Below the pieces are notes generated by a model. It saw only the letters and a list, made by a program, of their open reading frames with translations. It had not been told where the DNA came from and made no database searches. From Camelus dromedarius (taxonomy: Eukaryota): DNA of 64,000 nt. Position numbers and translations under genes: made by a program. The stretch is taken from positions 15,004,001 to 15,068,000 of the forward strand of contig NC_087453.1 in assembly GCF_036321535.1 (NCBI RefSeq), written 5' to 3'. Shown piece after piece: positions 22,360 through 35,680 of the stretch; position 1 is the stretch's first letter; each line of letters begins with the position of its first letter.

Positions 22360-23430
22360 TTGTTATTTCTTCTTTCCTCGCTTGGCTACCTCCCTTCTCT
22401 CATCATATTCTCTTCCTAAGTGACCTCATCCATTTCCAGGACTTTATTACCCTCTGGATGCAGGTGACTGCCTCAGTTACACCTCCCGTCTGGACCTTTC
22501 TTTGGATCAAGACTTGCATTTTTAGCTGCTGCCCCCCTGCTGTCCCTACTTGCAGCCTCACCATGACCTCAAACTTCACATGTCCAGAACTGATTACTCA
22601 GTCTCCTCAAACTTCCAAATTTGTATTCCTCATTACTTACCCCCTTCCCTCTCTCCTCCAGCCTTCCCCTGCCTTCAGCCTTCCCTGTCTCAGTGTCATT
22701 ACAGTCCATTCATTGTTTAGCCAGAGACCTGAAAGTTGACCTTGATTTCTCTGAGGCCTCACTCCACATCCAGTCCATCGGCCTAGCCTCCGGGATACCT
22801 CAGGTCCTCCCTTCCCTCTGTCCTCCTGATCCAGCTCCGTTCCCTCTCGCTGGATGAATGCCCTGCCTGTTACTTGGTCTCCCAGCTTCCGTTCTTGTTC
22901 TTGCCTTCTCCAACCCATTCTCCCTGCAGCAGCCATGGAGCCCCCGGTCATCAGAGCCACATCCACGCTTACTCCAGGGCTGGCCTCTGCCTCCCCCTCT
23001 ACCCTCCATGCTCCCTGCAGGTGGGAGCACCGTTGGTTCCTCGCAATGCCAAATTCTTCTCCTCTTCCGTGCAGCCCTTCCCTCTGCCTGGCACTCTTCC
23101 CCAGATTTTTCTAGTAGATCTTTCTCCAGCATCTGGTCTCAGCTAAATGTCCTTCCTCAGAGGGGCCCCTTCCCTGATCACCCCTTTAGAGTAACTTCTT
23201 CCCCATTGTCCCCCTTCTCAGTACGTGTGCGTTTCCTGCTTAACACTTCACCAAAGTTCCAAGTATTTCATTTATGTTTGTTTCCTTCGTTATGGTCTAC
23301 TCCCTCAATAGACTGCAAGACCAGGAGGGCGGTGGCAGCCTGGTCCTGTTTATGGCCTGGTCCTGGCGCAGTGCTCGGCCTAGACTCCACTGGGTACAGG
23401 TCCCCAATACCTTTTGGGTAAAATAATGAT
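22360..23430 (+). mobile_element. L2 LINE fragments
   Basis: aagtgacctcatccatttccagg...cctcaaacttcacatgtccagaactga...ctcagctaaatgtc...tagactgcaagacc. Confidence 0.75.
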
Positions 23431-23519
23431 TTTTATAACAGCTGACCTTTTCTTGTTCCTTCACATTTCTTACCTTCCTCAGTAATGAGTTTTATTGAAA
23501 CTTGGATCAGCCTAGGTAT

Positions 23520-24135
23520 GTTATCCCAGCTAACCTTTTCTGAGACTGTGTGCCAAGTCCACGGCTAAGTGTGTTCACATGTTCTCTCGGTCTCTGTGAG
23601 AACCTACTAAGGTGGTGATGGTTATTACACTGTCATTTTGTTGTTGTTTTTATTGTTTTGAGAAAATTGATTTTGGAGAAATAATTTTTAAAGTTATGCA
23701 GCTAAGAAAGTGGTGGAGCTAGAACTTGAATCTCTATGATCTGACTATAGGATCTTCCCTCTTCATTGCTGCCTTCTGATATGGATGTAGGGATGAATGA
23801 ATGAATATGGGATATACTATAATATTAATATTTGATGGTTCCCCTATGTTTGTGTTTCTGAACGTATACTGGAGTATAAAAAACAATGCTTGGGTTAGGG
23901 TGTTGCATTTCCTGGAAAGTTTCTGTTAATAACCACTGTGCCAAAGCACACAGATTAATTTGTGTTCGGGCTCTGTGTTTTAATTTTGCCTTTGCCACTT
24001 TCTAGCTGCAAGCCCTTGGGCAAATTCCTTCACATGTCTAAGTCTGTTTTTTCAGCTGTAAATGGAGAAAAAATAATAGTTCTTATCTCACAGGGTCATT
24101 GTGAGTAGCACAATTACACACAGAAAACAGTCAGT
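23520..24135. mobile_element. Two MIR copies (~23520-23760 minus; ~23945-24135 plus)
   Basis: tgtgccaagtcc...gcagctaagaaagtggtggagctagaacttgaa; gccactttctagctgcaagcccttgggcaaattcc...tctcacagggtcattgtgag. Confidence 0.7.
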
Positions 24136-24559
24136 GTTACCTATTAACATTATAAGGAGAAAAAAAAAATCTTAGGAAAAGACTTTTTGTCCCGTCAACA
24201 AATTAGAGTTAAGAGTGAAAGACAGACCATAACTAACAGTATTGTTTCACCAACTCTAGTTTTGAATTTATAAAAATTATAACGAAATAAGCTATTTGGT
24301 TTGGGATGGGTAATCATTCCATTGATGTATGGCAACTTTATGTTTGTATTTAGACTTACTAAATGCTTTTAGGTAAGAAAGCTTTTTTTCCCTTAGTCTT
24401 CTTTTTAAATTCTTCCCAATCTTAAGAAAGATTCTCAGGATAGAGGGATCCTTTGAGAGACTGGCTGTTTTTTTCCCCCTCCACCACAGAGATACCACCG
24501 TGACTACTTACTTCAGTAGTGATCATCACCAGGGAGCTAGCTTAAATAACCAAGCAAAC

Positions 24560-25400
24560 AGTAGGCCCAGAACAGGCATGGCTGGGCTTGGCAGCCCTCA
24601 CAATAGAATAGCTGGGCACAGTTGCATTTTCTGGTAGGATGGCTTATGAGCAAGTGCTAGTCTGGTGACTTCCATCCTCTCTGTGAAATAGAGGGTAAGG
24701 TTCTCTGCTAAGAGTTAAGTGGGAAGAGGTCAGTGGAAGAACAAGGAGATTTGACATCCAGTTGAAGCTTGGGAGAGGAAGAGTGAACATGAGGAAATGT
24801 CTATGATCTCTGGGGAGTAGGCAGGGCTCCACTGAGGTAGGAGACCGTGGATTGATTGGGGGTGACAGTAGCATTCAGTTGCCTGGTTTTAGGAGCAAAG
24901 AAGGCATATAGCTGGACTGAGCTGGGATTGAGGTTTGCTGGGTTTGAGCAACAGACAGAGGAACTGAGGATATTGGCCAGGGAGTGGGTAACATGATAGG
25001 TAAGGGTGTCTTGGCTGGACGTGGAGGAGAAAAGGACCAGAGGTGAAATCAAGCAATGCATATATTGGAATGTTGGAGCAATAGGATGTTGTGGTTAGAG
25101 AGGGACATGTGAGTGGAAGATTTCAGAGTTGAAGCAATTAATTACTGAACATGACAGGCTTCTGGGTTTTGCCACAGACATAAGTGGCTGAAGTGAAGTG
25201 AGCTTTGTGAAGATGAGCAGTTGAGGAGGTCAAGTAACTGAAGCTGGAGAGTTGTTTGGGTCATCCATGTGGTTTTCCAAGCCATCAAGAGGATGGCAGG
25301 CCACTTGGGGTGGAAAGAAGTAAGGTGGGCCAAGTCTTTGGTGAATGAAGTACTGGCAATGAGAAGAGATGTTATGGACAGCCTATAGGAGCCTCAGAAG
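24560..25400 (-). mobile_element. L2 ORF2-region remnant
   Basis: Purine-rich reverse L2 motifs (gagcagttgaggagg, ggtcatccatgtgg, gccaagtctttggtgaatga). Confidence 0.55.
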
Positions 25401-25554
25401 ATCAGGGGCTTTGGCCTGAGGGCAATAGAAGGGCAGTGACCTGGAAATTTTATTCGTTATAAGGTCTCTTTGGAAAAAGTTGGTGTTGGCGCAGGTTTAT
25501 TATGCTCCTGAAGAAGTCCCAATGCTGAGTGGTCAGCATGGATGGCATGAGGTA

Positions 25555-25745
25555 TTGTCTCTAAACTTGGTCATGGAAATCATCTGAGGACTTGTGTTAA
25601 AAATACAGATTCCAGGGCTCCTCCCCAGACCCACTGAATTAGAATTTCTAGGAGAAGGGACTGAGAATGTGTATTTTAACATTCCCCACTCCACATACAC
25701 ACTTCATGATTCTTTATAATTAGGCAAGTTTGGGAAATGTGGCTG
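25555..25745. mobile_element. MER5B-like
   Basis: aaatcatctgagg...aaaaatacagattccagggctcctccccagacccactgaattagaatttctagg...gtgtattttaaca. Confidence 0.75.
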
Positions 25746-25828
25746 TAGTGGATGAGAACATGGGGTCTGGAGGCTGACTACCTGGATCTGAAAGTGAGGC
25801 TGATGAGAGTGAGCCTTAGCCCATGACT

Positions 25829-26105
25829 TTTTTTTTTATTGAAGTATAGTCAGTTTACAATTTTGTGTCAATTTCTGGTGTACAGCATAATGTTTCAGTC
25901 ATCCATATACATACATATATTCCCTTTTATGTTCTCTTTCATGATAGGTTACTACAAGATATTCAATATAGTTCCCTGTGCTATATAGTAGAAACTTGTT
26001 GTTTATCTGTTTTATATATAGTAGTTAGTATCTGCAAATCTGGAACTCCCAATTTATCCCTTTGCACTTTCTTTCCCCCTGGTAACCATAAGTTTGTTTT
26101 CTATG
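25829..26105 (-). mobile_element. Camelid/artiodactyl L1 3' end (5'-truncated) with TSD CCATGACT
   Basis: T-run then attgaagtatagtcagtttacaa...ggtaaccataagtttgttttctatg; CCATGACT at 25821-25828 and 26106-26113. Confidence 0.9.
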
Positions 26106-29100
26106 CCATGACTCTTAATAGCTTGCCTTTCCAGGTCTATCTGATGTCAGAAGCTATGAATTAAGAGACCCTCCGCTAGAGGCAAACACACTAACAAAAG
26201 CAAGAGACAGCTGGCGATGACAGAGACAAAAACACTCAACAAAATAATTCAGAGTGTAGCAGTTTGGGGACATACATAGAGGAAACTGTCCTGTTTGCCT
26301 CAGTGGTTTCTGAATACATTAATTAATCATAATTGCTATCCTGTTCAGCAGGAATATGTCAAATTATGGTTCGGTTAGTTCAGAAAGGTTGGGAAGGAAG
26401 TAATGCAGATTAATTTAGAAATCTTTCTATCATAAGCTTGCATGTTTTAGTGCTTCAGTTATCAGTAAAATTAACTTATGTGACACAATTCTGTCTGAAG
26501 ATACTGGATTTAAAAATTCCTCAGTCAATGACAAGGCAAGAACAAGAGCAGTTATTATCCCTGGGGGGCTGCACACATGACTGGATACTTAATATCATGA
26601 TACCAGCAACCCTACCACCCCATTCTCCCTGCTTCCACGAAGAAAATTCTATTCCTTCCCATGACAAGGAAGAGGAATCCTGCAAGAGAATAGCTGCTGG
26701 GGAGAGGACTTGGGGAGGGAGGAGGGAACTTGGAGTTGGTGATCCTTGGCTGACCACTTAGAATCCTCTATTGCTGGTAAGGAGGGTTTGAGTTTGAGGT
26801 GAGTGTCTAGAATACTTAAACCATGCTTCCCACCTGATTTGTCATACCCAAACACTAAAGCTTTGGGAAAAGAGTGTTGTCAGCCTTGCTCGAAGTGGTT
26901 GCTATGGACCTTTAGCTGAAAACTTGAATTGCTCTATCATGTGTTCTGTTTCTTATTTCCTTGTAGCGCTGTTGGTACGAAGGAGCCTGGCTTTCATACT
27001 GGTGAACTGGGTGCCAAACATAGCATAGCATCTCCGCTAGAAAGACCACTGTCACTTACCATGCCCCTCCGCATACTGTCTCCTCTTCCTGCTGAACTGC
27101 AGGCTGCCATTTGAATGCACATCTTGAGACCCAGAAAATGGGGCAGTGGACGTTTAGCAATGACAGCTCCACCAGAACTTTCTGTTTGCAAGTTGAGATT
27201 TTTTTTTTTTTAAATTCCCTTTTAGGGGGGAAAAAAAAAAAAAAACCCTAACAGGAATTTAGAGTATTCTTCCCTTGTAGGAAAACATTTTTTTCTAAAA
27301 CCGAGAAATACTAAACAGAAGCCAAAGGATGTTTTAATGACACTGACATGTTCTCTCATATGACACTTTCCTGTCCTCCAGAGCTCGCAATCCTTGAAGG
27401 TTCTGCTGTGTTAGGGTGCTCTTTACAATGTCTGAATCACCGAGAGTCTTCAGTTTTTTTTTTTTTTTTTTAAGTTAGACATGGTGCATTTATACCTCTA
27501 ACCTCAGGCCGACCGCGCAGTGTGCTGCGAAGAAGGTATAATCAAAATGTAGGATCACAGACGAAAGAGGTTATTTCTGGTGGTGGGTGGATGCGGTGAG
27601 AGGGGATTGGAGGATGCTTTCAGCGAATGTTTGTAATCAGACTGGATTTTGAAGGTTGGGTAGAATTTTGAGCTATTTTTTATATTCTCTGTTTACTAAG
27701 GCATCATTCATTTTAGCAAGACTACAGAAATAATTTGGTGCTTAATGAATTAGTTTTCAGTTATCTAAATGACTCACTCATTCAAAATGCCTCATGCCTT
27801 AATTATTTTGGATAACTTGCCTCTGTAAGTAACATATGAAGTATTAAGGAATGTATGGTGGAGAAGGGCTTTTATGGAAGCCCTTAAAAATAATCTTAGG
27901 ATCATAGTGGATATCTCAGATCCCCAAAGAAATGGAGATACAGTGCTGAGGTGGTGGATAGAAAACCAGACGGATAATGGAAGGTTGGGTGTTTGGTTTA
28001 GGGACTGGGGGAAGATGGACCTCTAAGGGATATTGAGCTATGAGGACTTCATAGGAAAGGGATAGTCTGCTGGGTTAGAAGGCCTCTTGAACAATCATCA
28101 TCTCATTTCTGAGTCTCTTTCTTAGGGATGCTTGGCAGTGAGGGTAAGAGAGCCCTATGGGCTGGGAACATAATAAATGGAAGACAGCCAGCTCCTCCCT
28201 GTTCTCCCTTGCTCTAGCATGGCTAAGCACACACAGTTTTACAGGAAGGCTGGAAAGCCATGCCCAGAATTTTTCTTCCTGCCCCAAGCCTCAGTGTTCC
28301 TTGGTGCTGGACTTACCTTGCCGCAAACCTGCATCTTTTTGTCCCAAATTGGATTCTGTCTTGTTGACATGCAACCCTCTGGGTGAATCATCACTCCTTT
28401 AGCAAGGCCATTTCTTGCCGTGGTCAGTCGTGCCCACCTTGCAAATGGTTCTGTTGTTCCTGAGACCTTGCAGTTTTTCCTTTCCCATGTGAAGGCTCTA
28501 TTTTCAGTTGTTCACTTGCCCCATTAAACCAACTCTTTAATTTTCTAAGAAGCTGAAAAACATACCACTTGCTACCTTTTGTGCTGAAATGGGATCCTGG
28601 CTCAGAATTCTGATCTCCTTGGAAATCAACACATATCATTTTGAAAAGATAGTATTTTCTTTTTTGCTTATTCCTGATAATACCAGTAGCATTTAAAAAG
28701 CCAAGATATTTGACAATTCTATATGCCCATTCTGCCGTGCAGATGACTAAAGCGACTCTAAGAAAATAAATTCAGCTGCTCACCAGTAATGTACTTAGTG
28801 TGTGTCTACTGTGTGTTGGGTACTGTGCTAGGCACCAGTGGGGAGCAAGTCAGACATGGTGTCTCTCTGCCCTCATACCCCTGACAATCTAGGGGCCCAC
28901 GGTCAGGAAGGTATGATGATTTGTAGAGTAACAGTAGGCCGGGGCAGAGAGGCCTGGTGTCTGGTCCTGCTTTTGCCTTTTATTCATTACATGACCTTAG
29001 GCATTTGCCTCTCTTTTCTGTCAACTGTAATAAAACACCTTTTAAAAAGGTTTGTTAAGAGTTTTATAATATTTAAATGACAGTACATTTAAAAAAGCTT

Positions 29101-30109
29101 TGAAAAGGTCAAGTTATTATATATGCTAATGTAGGTGGGAGTAAGCAGTCCTTGCCTTCTTCAATAGAGATAGCTAATGGAGGGTTACCACTATGCCACG
29201 GCTTCAGAGAACCACCAAATGCAATGTTTGGACTATATATTATTAATATTTCACTAATCCTAATGTTTATTAATAAGAAAACCAGCTGTTTTTTGGTGCC
29301 TGGGGTTAATATAGGCTATTTAGCCATCCCTAAAGAACAGTAGATTAAATACATACTGAAGTTACTTCAGAAAACACTGCTTCTAGATATTTACTATATA
29401 ACCAGAAATTTATTACTACAACAATGGATGTTTGATAGTGCTAATAATCTAATATATACCAAGGAATTACTAAGACAAAATACTAAGACAAAAATTTATC
29501 TGAACAATAATTATAATAAAATAAAAGAGATCCTTTGTATATAGTAGAAGATATTTTTATTTTTTGTAGATTTTGGTAGGTAAGGATCTTTGAACTGCGT
29601 GGGTCATTTTTGGTTCTGACCTTCTGTTTTTATGGTCCCTCTTACCTGCCTATCATTGAAGAATTGAGACATTTCATTGTAGGTATTTTCTGTAGCAACC
29701 TAGACAAGACCTTTAGTCTTTCTGAGTCTCAATTTATTCATAAAAATGTGGCCTTTTCTTTGCCATGCCAACTTCGCAGGGTGGTTGAGACATTCAAGTT
29801 GGAACGGATGTGCTCCTGTCAGTATGAAGGCCTCATTCAGTTGGAGGTGGGGTGGTCAGATAACTCTGACGATGAAGGCCCCAGAAGATCTGTGGCTTGA
29901 TTTACCGCACAGCCCTTGTTCAAGTTTCCTGAGTCTTCTCTTCACATGTCAGTGCTTTCCACATCCTTCTGTCCGATTCTCATTGAATAGCATTTCACTT
30001 TATACCCGGTTGGCCATTAGTCAGCATTTATTGGGCTTCTGCTGTGTGTCAGGCATTGTGTAAGGTGCCCTGACTTCAGAGTGCCTGTTGGAGTGGGGCT
30101 GAGTCCAAG

Positions 30110-30300
30110 ACTGCACATCAGCTCTGGCTGGCACTTCCAGCCTGCTGACTGTCCCCACAGATTTCAGATTTTCCAGTCGCTGCAATTATGTGAGCCTATT
30201 CCTTAAAATAAACCTCTTCATTTGCATTTGTGTATATAAAAGTACATACATACACACACATCCTGTTAGTTCTGTCTCTCTGGAGAACCCAGACTGATAC
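30110..30300 (+). mobile_element. MLT2 (ERVL) LTR 3' part
   Basis: gtgagcctattccttaaaataaacctct...atcctgttagttctgtctctctggagaacccagactgatac. Confidence 0.8.
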
Positions 30301-30309
30301 GGAGCTCGA

Positions 30310-31250
30310 CAAATGCTGTCATTATCAATGCAGAGAGAGTATGAACAAGTGTGGTAAGGAAGAGGCTTCATGTGCTTTTAGCTATGTTGTTTGAGGTGCC
30401 CGCGAAATCCACGTGGAGATACTGGCGGGCCAATGTAGCCAAGGTGTGGAGAGCTCACACGCGGGGTCTGGACTGCTGGTGTGCAAGTTTGGAAGTCACC
30501 AGTAGGTAGCTGTCCATTGAAGCTATGTTTGGGGATGATTTCAAACAGAGAGAGTAGAGTTTGTAAGGTAAGAGGAGGTATCAAGATGGGACCCTAGGAA
30601 ACACTGACATTTAGGGGAGAGGCAGAGGAAGAGGAGCCAATAAAGGAAACCAAGAGGAAGTAGACAGAAGGGAAAGACTGGGACAGAGTGGGTCATGGAA
30701 GTCATGGCAGGGGAGGATTTTGAGAAAGCAGGAGTGCAGCACTGTCAGGTGCCATAAAAAGGTTGAGAGGAATGTTGGTATCTGTCCATAAAACCTAGTT
30801 CTTAGGAGGTATCATGAGAGGCGGCTGTTTCAGTGCTGTCTCGCATTATAGTGGGTGGACGAGCGGGCCCGGGGTGATAAAGCGGGGATGCACGTTTGTT
30901 GTGGCTGCTTCTTAAAGGAGCCTGGTTATGAAGTATGAGGAGAGGAAGGGGCTGTGGGCTTCATGAGGAAGGGATGATGTTAGAATGTGAGGGGCTCTGC
31001 CATGGTCAGAGTCTGAAGAGACGGAGCTAGAAGAGAGGAAGAAGCCGGAGATTCATGGGAGAGAAAGGACACATGATTGATGAAGGTCTCCTCCACGGAA
31101 AGAGGGATGTGCTTAGGCCTTGGTTGGTAGCGTTAGCAGAGGAGCGATGCCGCTTTCACTTGGTGTGGACAGGGGAAAGGCTATTTGGGGATACAGATGT
31201 ATCTAGAAGCTAGGGGCCTGGAAGTTTTGCCCTCATAAAAGCTTCTATTT
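30310..31250 (-). mobile_element. L2 remnant
   Basis: ttgaggtgcc...ggagatactggcgggc...ccctaggaaacactgacatttagggg...agcactgtcaggtgccataaaaaggttgag. Confidence 0.65.
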
Positions 31251-31574
31251 TCTTTGTGAAATGGACCTTTGGCATCAACTGATAGCGAAGGCGAGAGGGT
31301 GCAGTAAGGTCTTTGGAGACAAGGGCGAAGGTATAAAATTACTGCTGTGGGGCTTGAGAGTGGAGGCTGGTTGTTGTTCCCCATTGTCCCATGAGTGAAA
31401 GTTACACTCCACAGTCTGATGTTTATAAAGTCCTCCACAGTTTGCCTTCAACCAACTCTGCCAGACTACCTACATTTTTAAAATTTATTCCAGCACCCTT
31501 GTGTACTTCAGCCAAGGGTATCTCTTTTCCAACATTAGAATGTGGCTTTGGGAGACTGGGTGCTGCAGGGGTAA

Positions 31575-31790
31575 TGCTGCAGGGGACTGTGAGTCAGGAG
31601 TCCTGTGGTCCAGTCTTGGCTCCTCCATTGACAAGCAGTGGGACCTTGGACATAACTTAACTTCTGTAAGTCTCTTCATCTGTAAACTGTTCATTATGAC
31701 AGCAGTAGTAACACGTGATGATGATGAAGGCTGTGTCAGATGAGAGAACTTTGAAGAGGATAAGAAGTATATAAATGGAGCTGGTGTCAT
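31575..31790 (+). mobile_element. MIR
   Basis: gagtcaggagtcctg...gaccttggacataacttaacttctgtaagtctcttcatctgtaaa. Confidence 0.7.
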
Positions 31791-32669
31791 CAGGCCAGGA
31801 GTAATCCTAGATCTAGGCTTTTGTATAAACTTTCTTTTTTACCACTGAAATCCTCCCCCTTCTCTCCAACTATCTAAGTTCAGCCTGTATTATGTAGAGA
31901 AATGCTAGCTCCCATAACAGATAAACCTGCTGACATCTCAGTGGCTTAAAACATTTTCATACTTACTTCAAATCCAATCAATCAGCTATGGGGGTGGAGG
32001 GGGCCCAGACTAGTGGATACTCTGCCATCTTCAAGCCATGGTTTCCAACGTTGCCTTGAGTGTAAGTGTCCAGGCAACAGGGTGGGGAAAAGAGAGTACA
32101 TGATTGGGAGGCTTTTAGGCAGCAGGCCTAGGGTGGGAGTTAGCGACTAAGGCCAAAGGAGAGATGGTTGAGGGGAGGTGGTACTGGTTGGGAGATGAAT
32201 CTGGGGTGTGTGGGATCTAGTGTGCGCAGGATGGTGGAGGGGCTGAGAAGCATGAGGCAGGACCTGTGGAGCCTAGGACAGGACAGAGAGGCCACTCCTC
32301 CTGCCTCAGTGGACAGAGCTTGGGAACGGCTGAGGGGCTCAGGACTGGTTCCTGGTGAAGATGAGTCCCACCAAGATAGGAGAGAGGCCCTGGGTCAGGG
32401 GAGATAGGTGGGTGAGAACTGAGGTGTCTACACACTTTCTGAGATGAGCGTCCTAACAACTGGGGAGGCAGACCCTATTTATCTTTTTCTGGTGAGGTGG
32501 TGCCTTGACAAGAGCCACATAATTAATAGGCAGCAGAGAAATTAGCTAGGACTTGAGTTTTTTTTGATGTCAAAGCTCTTGGTGGTGAGATCCAGGAAAT
32601 ATCCCAGATGAAGGGTTGGACAACCTAGACTCTGAAGTTGGCTTAAGATGAACCCCTGGGTGTCGGGGA

Positions 32670-33700
32670 GAGAGACCTCTGTGGTGGCTGATCCTTTCAA
32701 AGTGATTCCCCCTTTGGCTTTGGTTGGAGGAGGGAGGGCAAGAGAGAAACTTTCCAGGCAGAGGGAGCAACCTGAGCAAAGATCCTAAGGCAGAAAAGTG
32801 CTTAGAGGGTTTGGGGACTGAAAGATGTGTGAGAAGAGTCTGGAGAGGGAAGCAGGACCCAGCTCACCCGAGGACGTACAGGCCGTGGCAAGGAGGGAAG
32901 ATTCTATTCTAGAGGCAGCAGGAACCCACTGCACGCTTTGAGTCGGGGCCGAGATGGTCCACTTTATAGTTTAAGAAGACCACTCTGGCTGTTGTATGGA
33001 GAATGGGTGGAAGGGAGGCCACAGGGTATATCAGATGCAGTGGGTGAGGGAAGAGGAGGAATTCAAGACAGAAATGAATCTGGAGCTCAGAGCAGAGGTT
33101 CAGGATGGCAAAGAAAACTTGATCTTATATTTCCTGTTAGCTCCCTCCTTGTTGTCAGCCAGGCTTCCGGCCAGTAGCCTGATCCACAGTCTCTACTTCC
33201 TTACCTCCTCAGCTCAACCCTCTGTGCTCAGGCCTCTGTCACTGCCACTTCCCTGCAGTGTCTCGGGCAAAGGGCACTCGAGACCCTTTATGATTAGCCA
33301 AGTCCGGGCCTTTGACCCTTGCCTGGCTTGACGTGCATTCGGTCACACTGTGAGCCATCCCTGCCTTGAAAGTCTCCTTAGCCCTCTGTCTCTCCAGGCC
33401 CTTTGTAGTTCCCAGGTCCTTAGGCAGTTCTGAAATGGTAGCATTACCCAGGGTCCTGACCTTGCTCCTGGATTCCTCTGTGCCTCTCGGAATAGAAAGA
33501 GCCCTCCCCATATCATCAGGACAATGCCTACTTGCCTTTCCAGCATCATCTCAGGTGCCCTCTCCTCTAGGAAGCCTGCCCTGACCCCTTAGGCTGAATT
33601 AGGTGCTGCTCCTTCTCTTTTTCCATTTCTCCTGGAGCATAAAGTGGATATGGGAGCACTTAGCACCCTGCTTCCTTATTTGCCTCCCCAGTCTAATAGT
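32670..33700. mobile_element. Two L2 remnants in opposite orientation (~32670-33100 minus; ~33150-33700 plus)
   Basis: ccaggcagagggagcaacc...ttaagaagaccactctggctg; tcccaggtcctt...tcaggtgccctctcctctaggaagcctgccctgacccc. Confidence 0.65.
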
Positions 33701-35479
33701 GCTGAAAGATAGGATTACAATGAAATACCCTGTAATCTAGGACAAAGATTGCTTTCTCCTGTTCAGGTGGAAGCATGCTTTATAATGAAGGTACCTGCAC
33801 CTGATTGTATGTCCTTTAGCAGAACATTCGTTTCTCACTGGGTCTGAAGGCTATGAATTCTGGTATAATGTCTTCTGTGAACAGAAGGAATTCATTCAAC
33901 TCAAAAGAATTTGTAATTGTCTCCATCTTCTGAAAGGAAAAAACCCTGAGAATTAAAGAATATGAATCACTTCAGAAGAGCTTCCAAAGACCTGCTACCA
34001 TTGCCTGGTAACTTGGATCTCCACTTCCTGCTCCCACCCCTAAGCTCGTTACACGTTCCTCGTATTTTGTGATTCCACAATTCTGGGTTTGACATTACCA
34101 CTGCCTCCACAGTGGTGAGCACTAGCATTCTCCTCGACTCAGTCCTGACTGCCTTCGAAGGCAGCAAATGGGCCGAATGAAAGATGAGTTTCTGCCTTTA
34201 TATCCTTTCCTCCGGCTAAGCAGGAATGAAGAAGAAGAGATGGGTAGAAACAGCGAAGTGTGCACTTAGGTATTCAGGTCACACATCTGGAATTTCAGTA
34301 AGGGTCTGGGTGGTTAATGTCACTAAACTCTCATGCTTCTCTTTCAAATGTCTTTTTCTACCCTTTTGAATTCTTTCTTTTTGTCTTACTCTCAGCTCCA
34401 AACCCACTTTATCTTTTTTGGCAGGTATAACAAAGAAAATAAAATGTTGAGCCACTTTCTTCCCAGTGGCTTGATTTTTAGAATCTTTCTTGATTTTTTT
34501 TTTCAGCGTTTTGTTTTCTGAGCCCAACAGCAAAAGCAGAGATGCCTTTAACTAAGTGAAACACTTAGCTTCATTATTTAAATCATGCTGCAGGTTGTAT
34601 TTGTGCCTTTTAGATGTAGTGTTGGGCTGATAATTTTCTAAGAAAAAGAACACTCTGAGGTTGTTCTTTATTTTAAACTATAGATGTCTCTCAAATGGAA
34701 TAAGACTGCCTAAATATGTGTGCTAGTGGACTAAGTTTGAGCCCCCATGTTACTCTCTCTAGGGTTTGTTATCAAGGTGAGAAATGCCTGGAAACATGAG
34801 CCCCACTCTGTTGATTCCCACTTGTTTATTTCTGGTGTCCAAACAAGACATGAGGATTACAGACTCTCACATAGGAAGGGACGTGGGGTTTTCCAGTGTG
34901 CCCACTGGTGAGATGCCAACTCCCCTTCTTACATGGGTGCCTCTCTGTCAGCCTGAGCACATTCTTCCTCACAGGAAGCTACAGTCTTTGACCCTTTGGA
35001 TTTACTTAGTGAGTCTTTTCTACCACATACAGCATAGTCACCCCCTGAAGTACTTGCAGACAGCCACCACCTTCCCTTTCATCGCCTTCTCTAGAGACTA
35101 TGGATTCCTGGTTCCTCAGATGTAGCCTCCTTCCTTCTTCTACATATTGTGATCCCAGTAGAGCGTCCCAGGGTTTTGTTAGCTTTTTCTGTGGCTCAGC
35201 CTCTTGTTGAACTTACTCTCAGCTGAAACCCACCTCCATGGAACCTTTGCCTGAGTGGAGGTTCTAAAATGTCTATTTAACAGAATATTTTTTATCTCAG
35301 TGGTCTTACTTAACAGTAAAGCATTTTGTTACATTTGATAACACTGTAATATACTTTCCCTTGAAAGAAAACAAAGGCTTTTAAGTTGTAGGGTGCAGGT
35401 AAAATGCCGTGAGACTGCAGAATTTGATTTCTAGCCAGAGGAGACTTAAGCAAATTCAGCTGGGTCTGATAAAAAAGGC

Positions 35480-35680
35480 TGGCGTTGACTGTGCCCTCAC
35501 AGCATGCCGGGTACCGTGCCAAGGATTGTTAACATATCGTTTAGTTTAATACTCACAGCAACTCTAGTTAATAATGATATCATTAATAGTAGATACAGTT
35601 ATTGACCTCATTTTAATGATGAAGAAATGGAGCCTCAGAAAGGTTGGACTTGCTCCATGTTTCACATGTGGTAGTGTGAC
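35480..35680 (-). mobile_element. MIR
   Basis: gtttaatactcacagcaactc...ctcattttaatgatgaagaaatggagcctcagaaaggtt. Confidence 0.7.

Noticed and set aside
27054-27220. Possible antisense exon with donor CATG|GTAAGT at 27060
   Set aside because: Several G|GTAAGT matches are expected by chance in this window, and the matching acceptor is weak and built from homopolymer runs.
34149-34164. Perfect 16-bp palindrome CTGCCTTCGAAGGCAG
   Set aside because: About one such palindrome is expected by chance in 64 kb (4^-8 per position); nothing else supports it.
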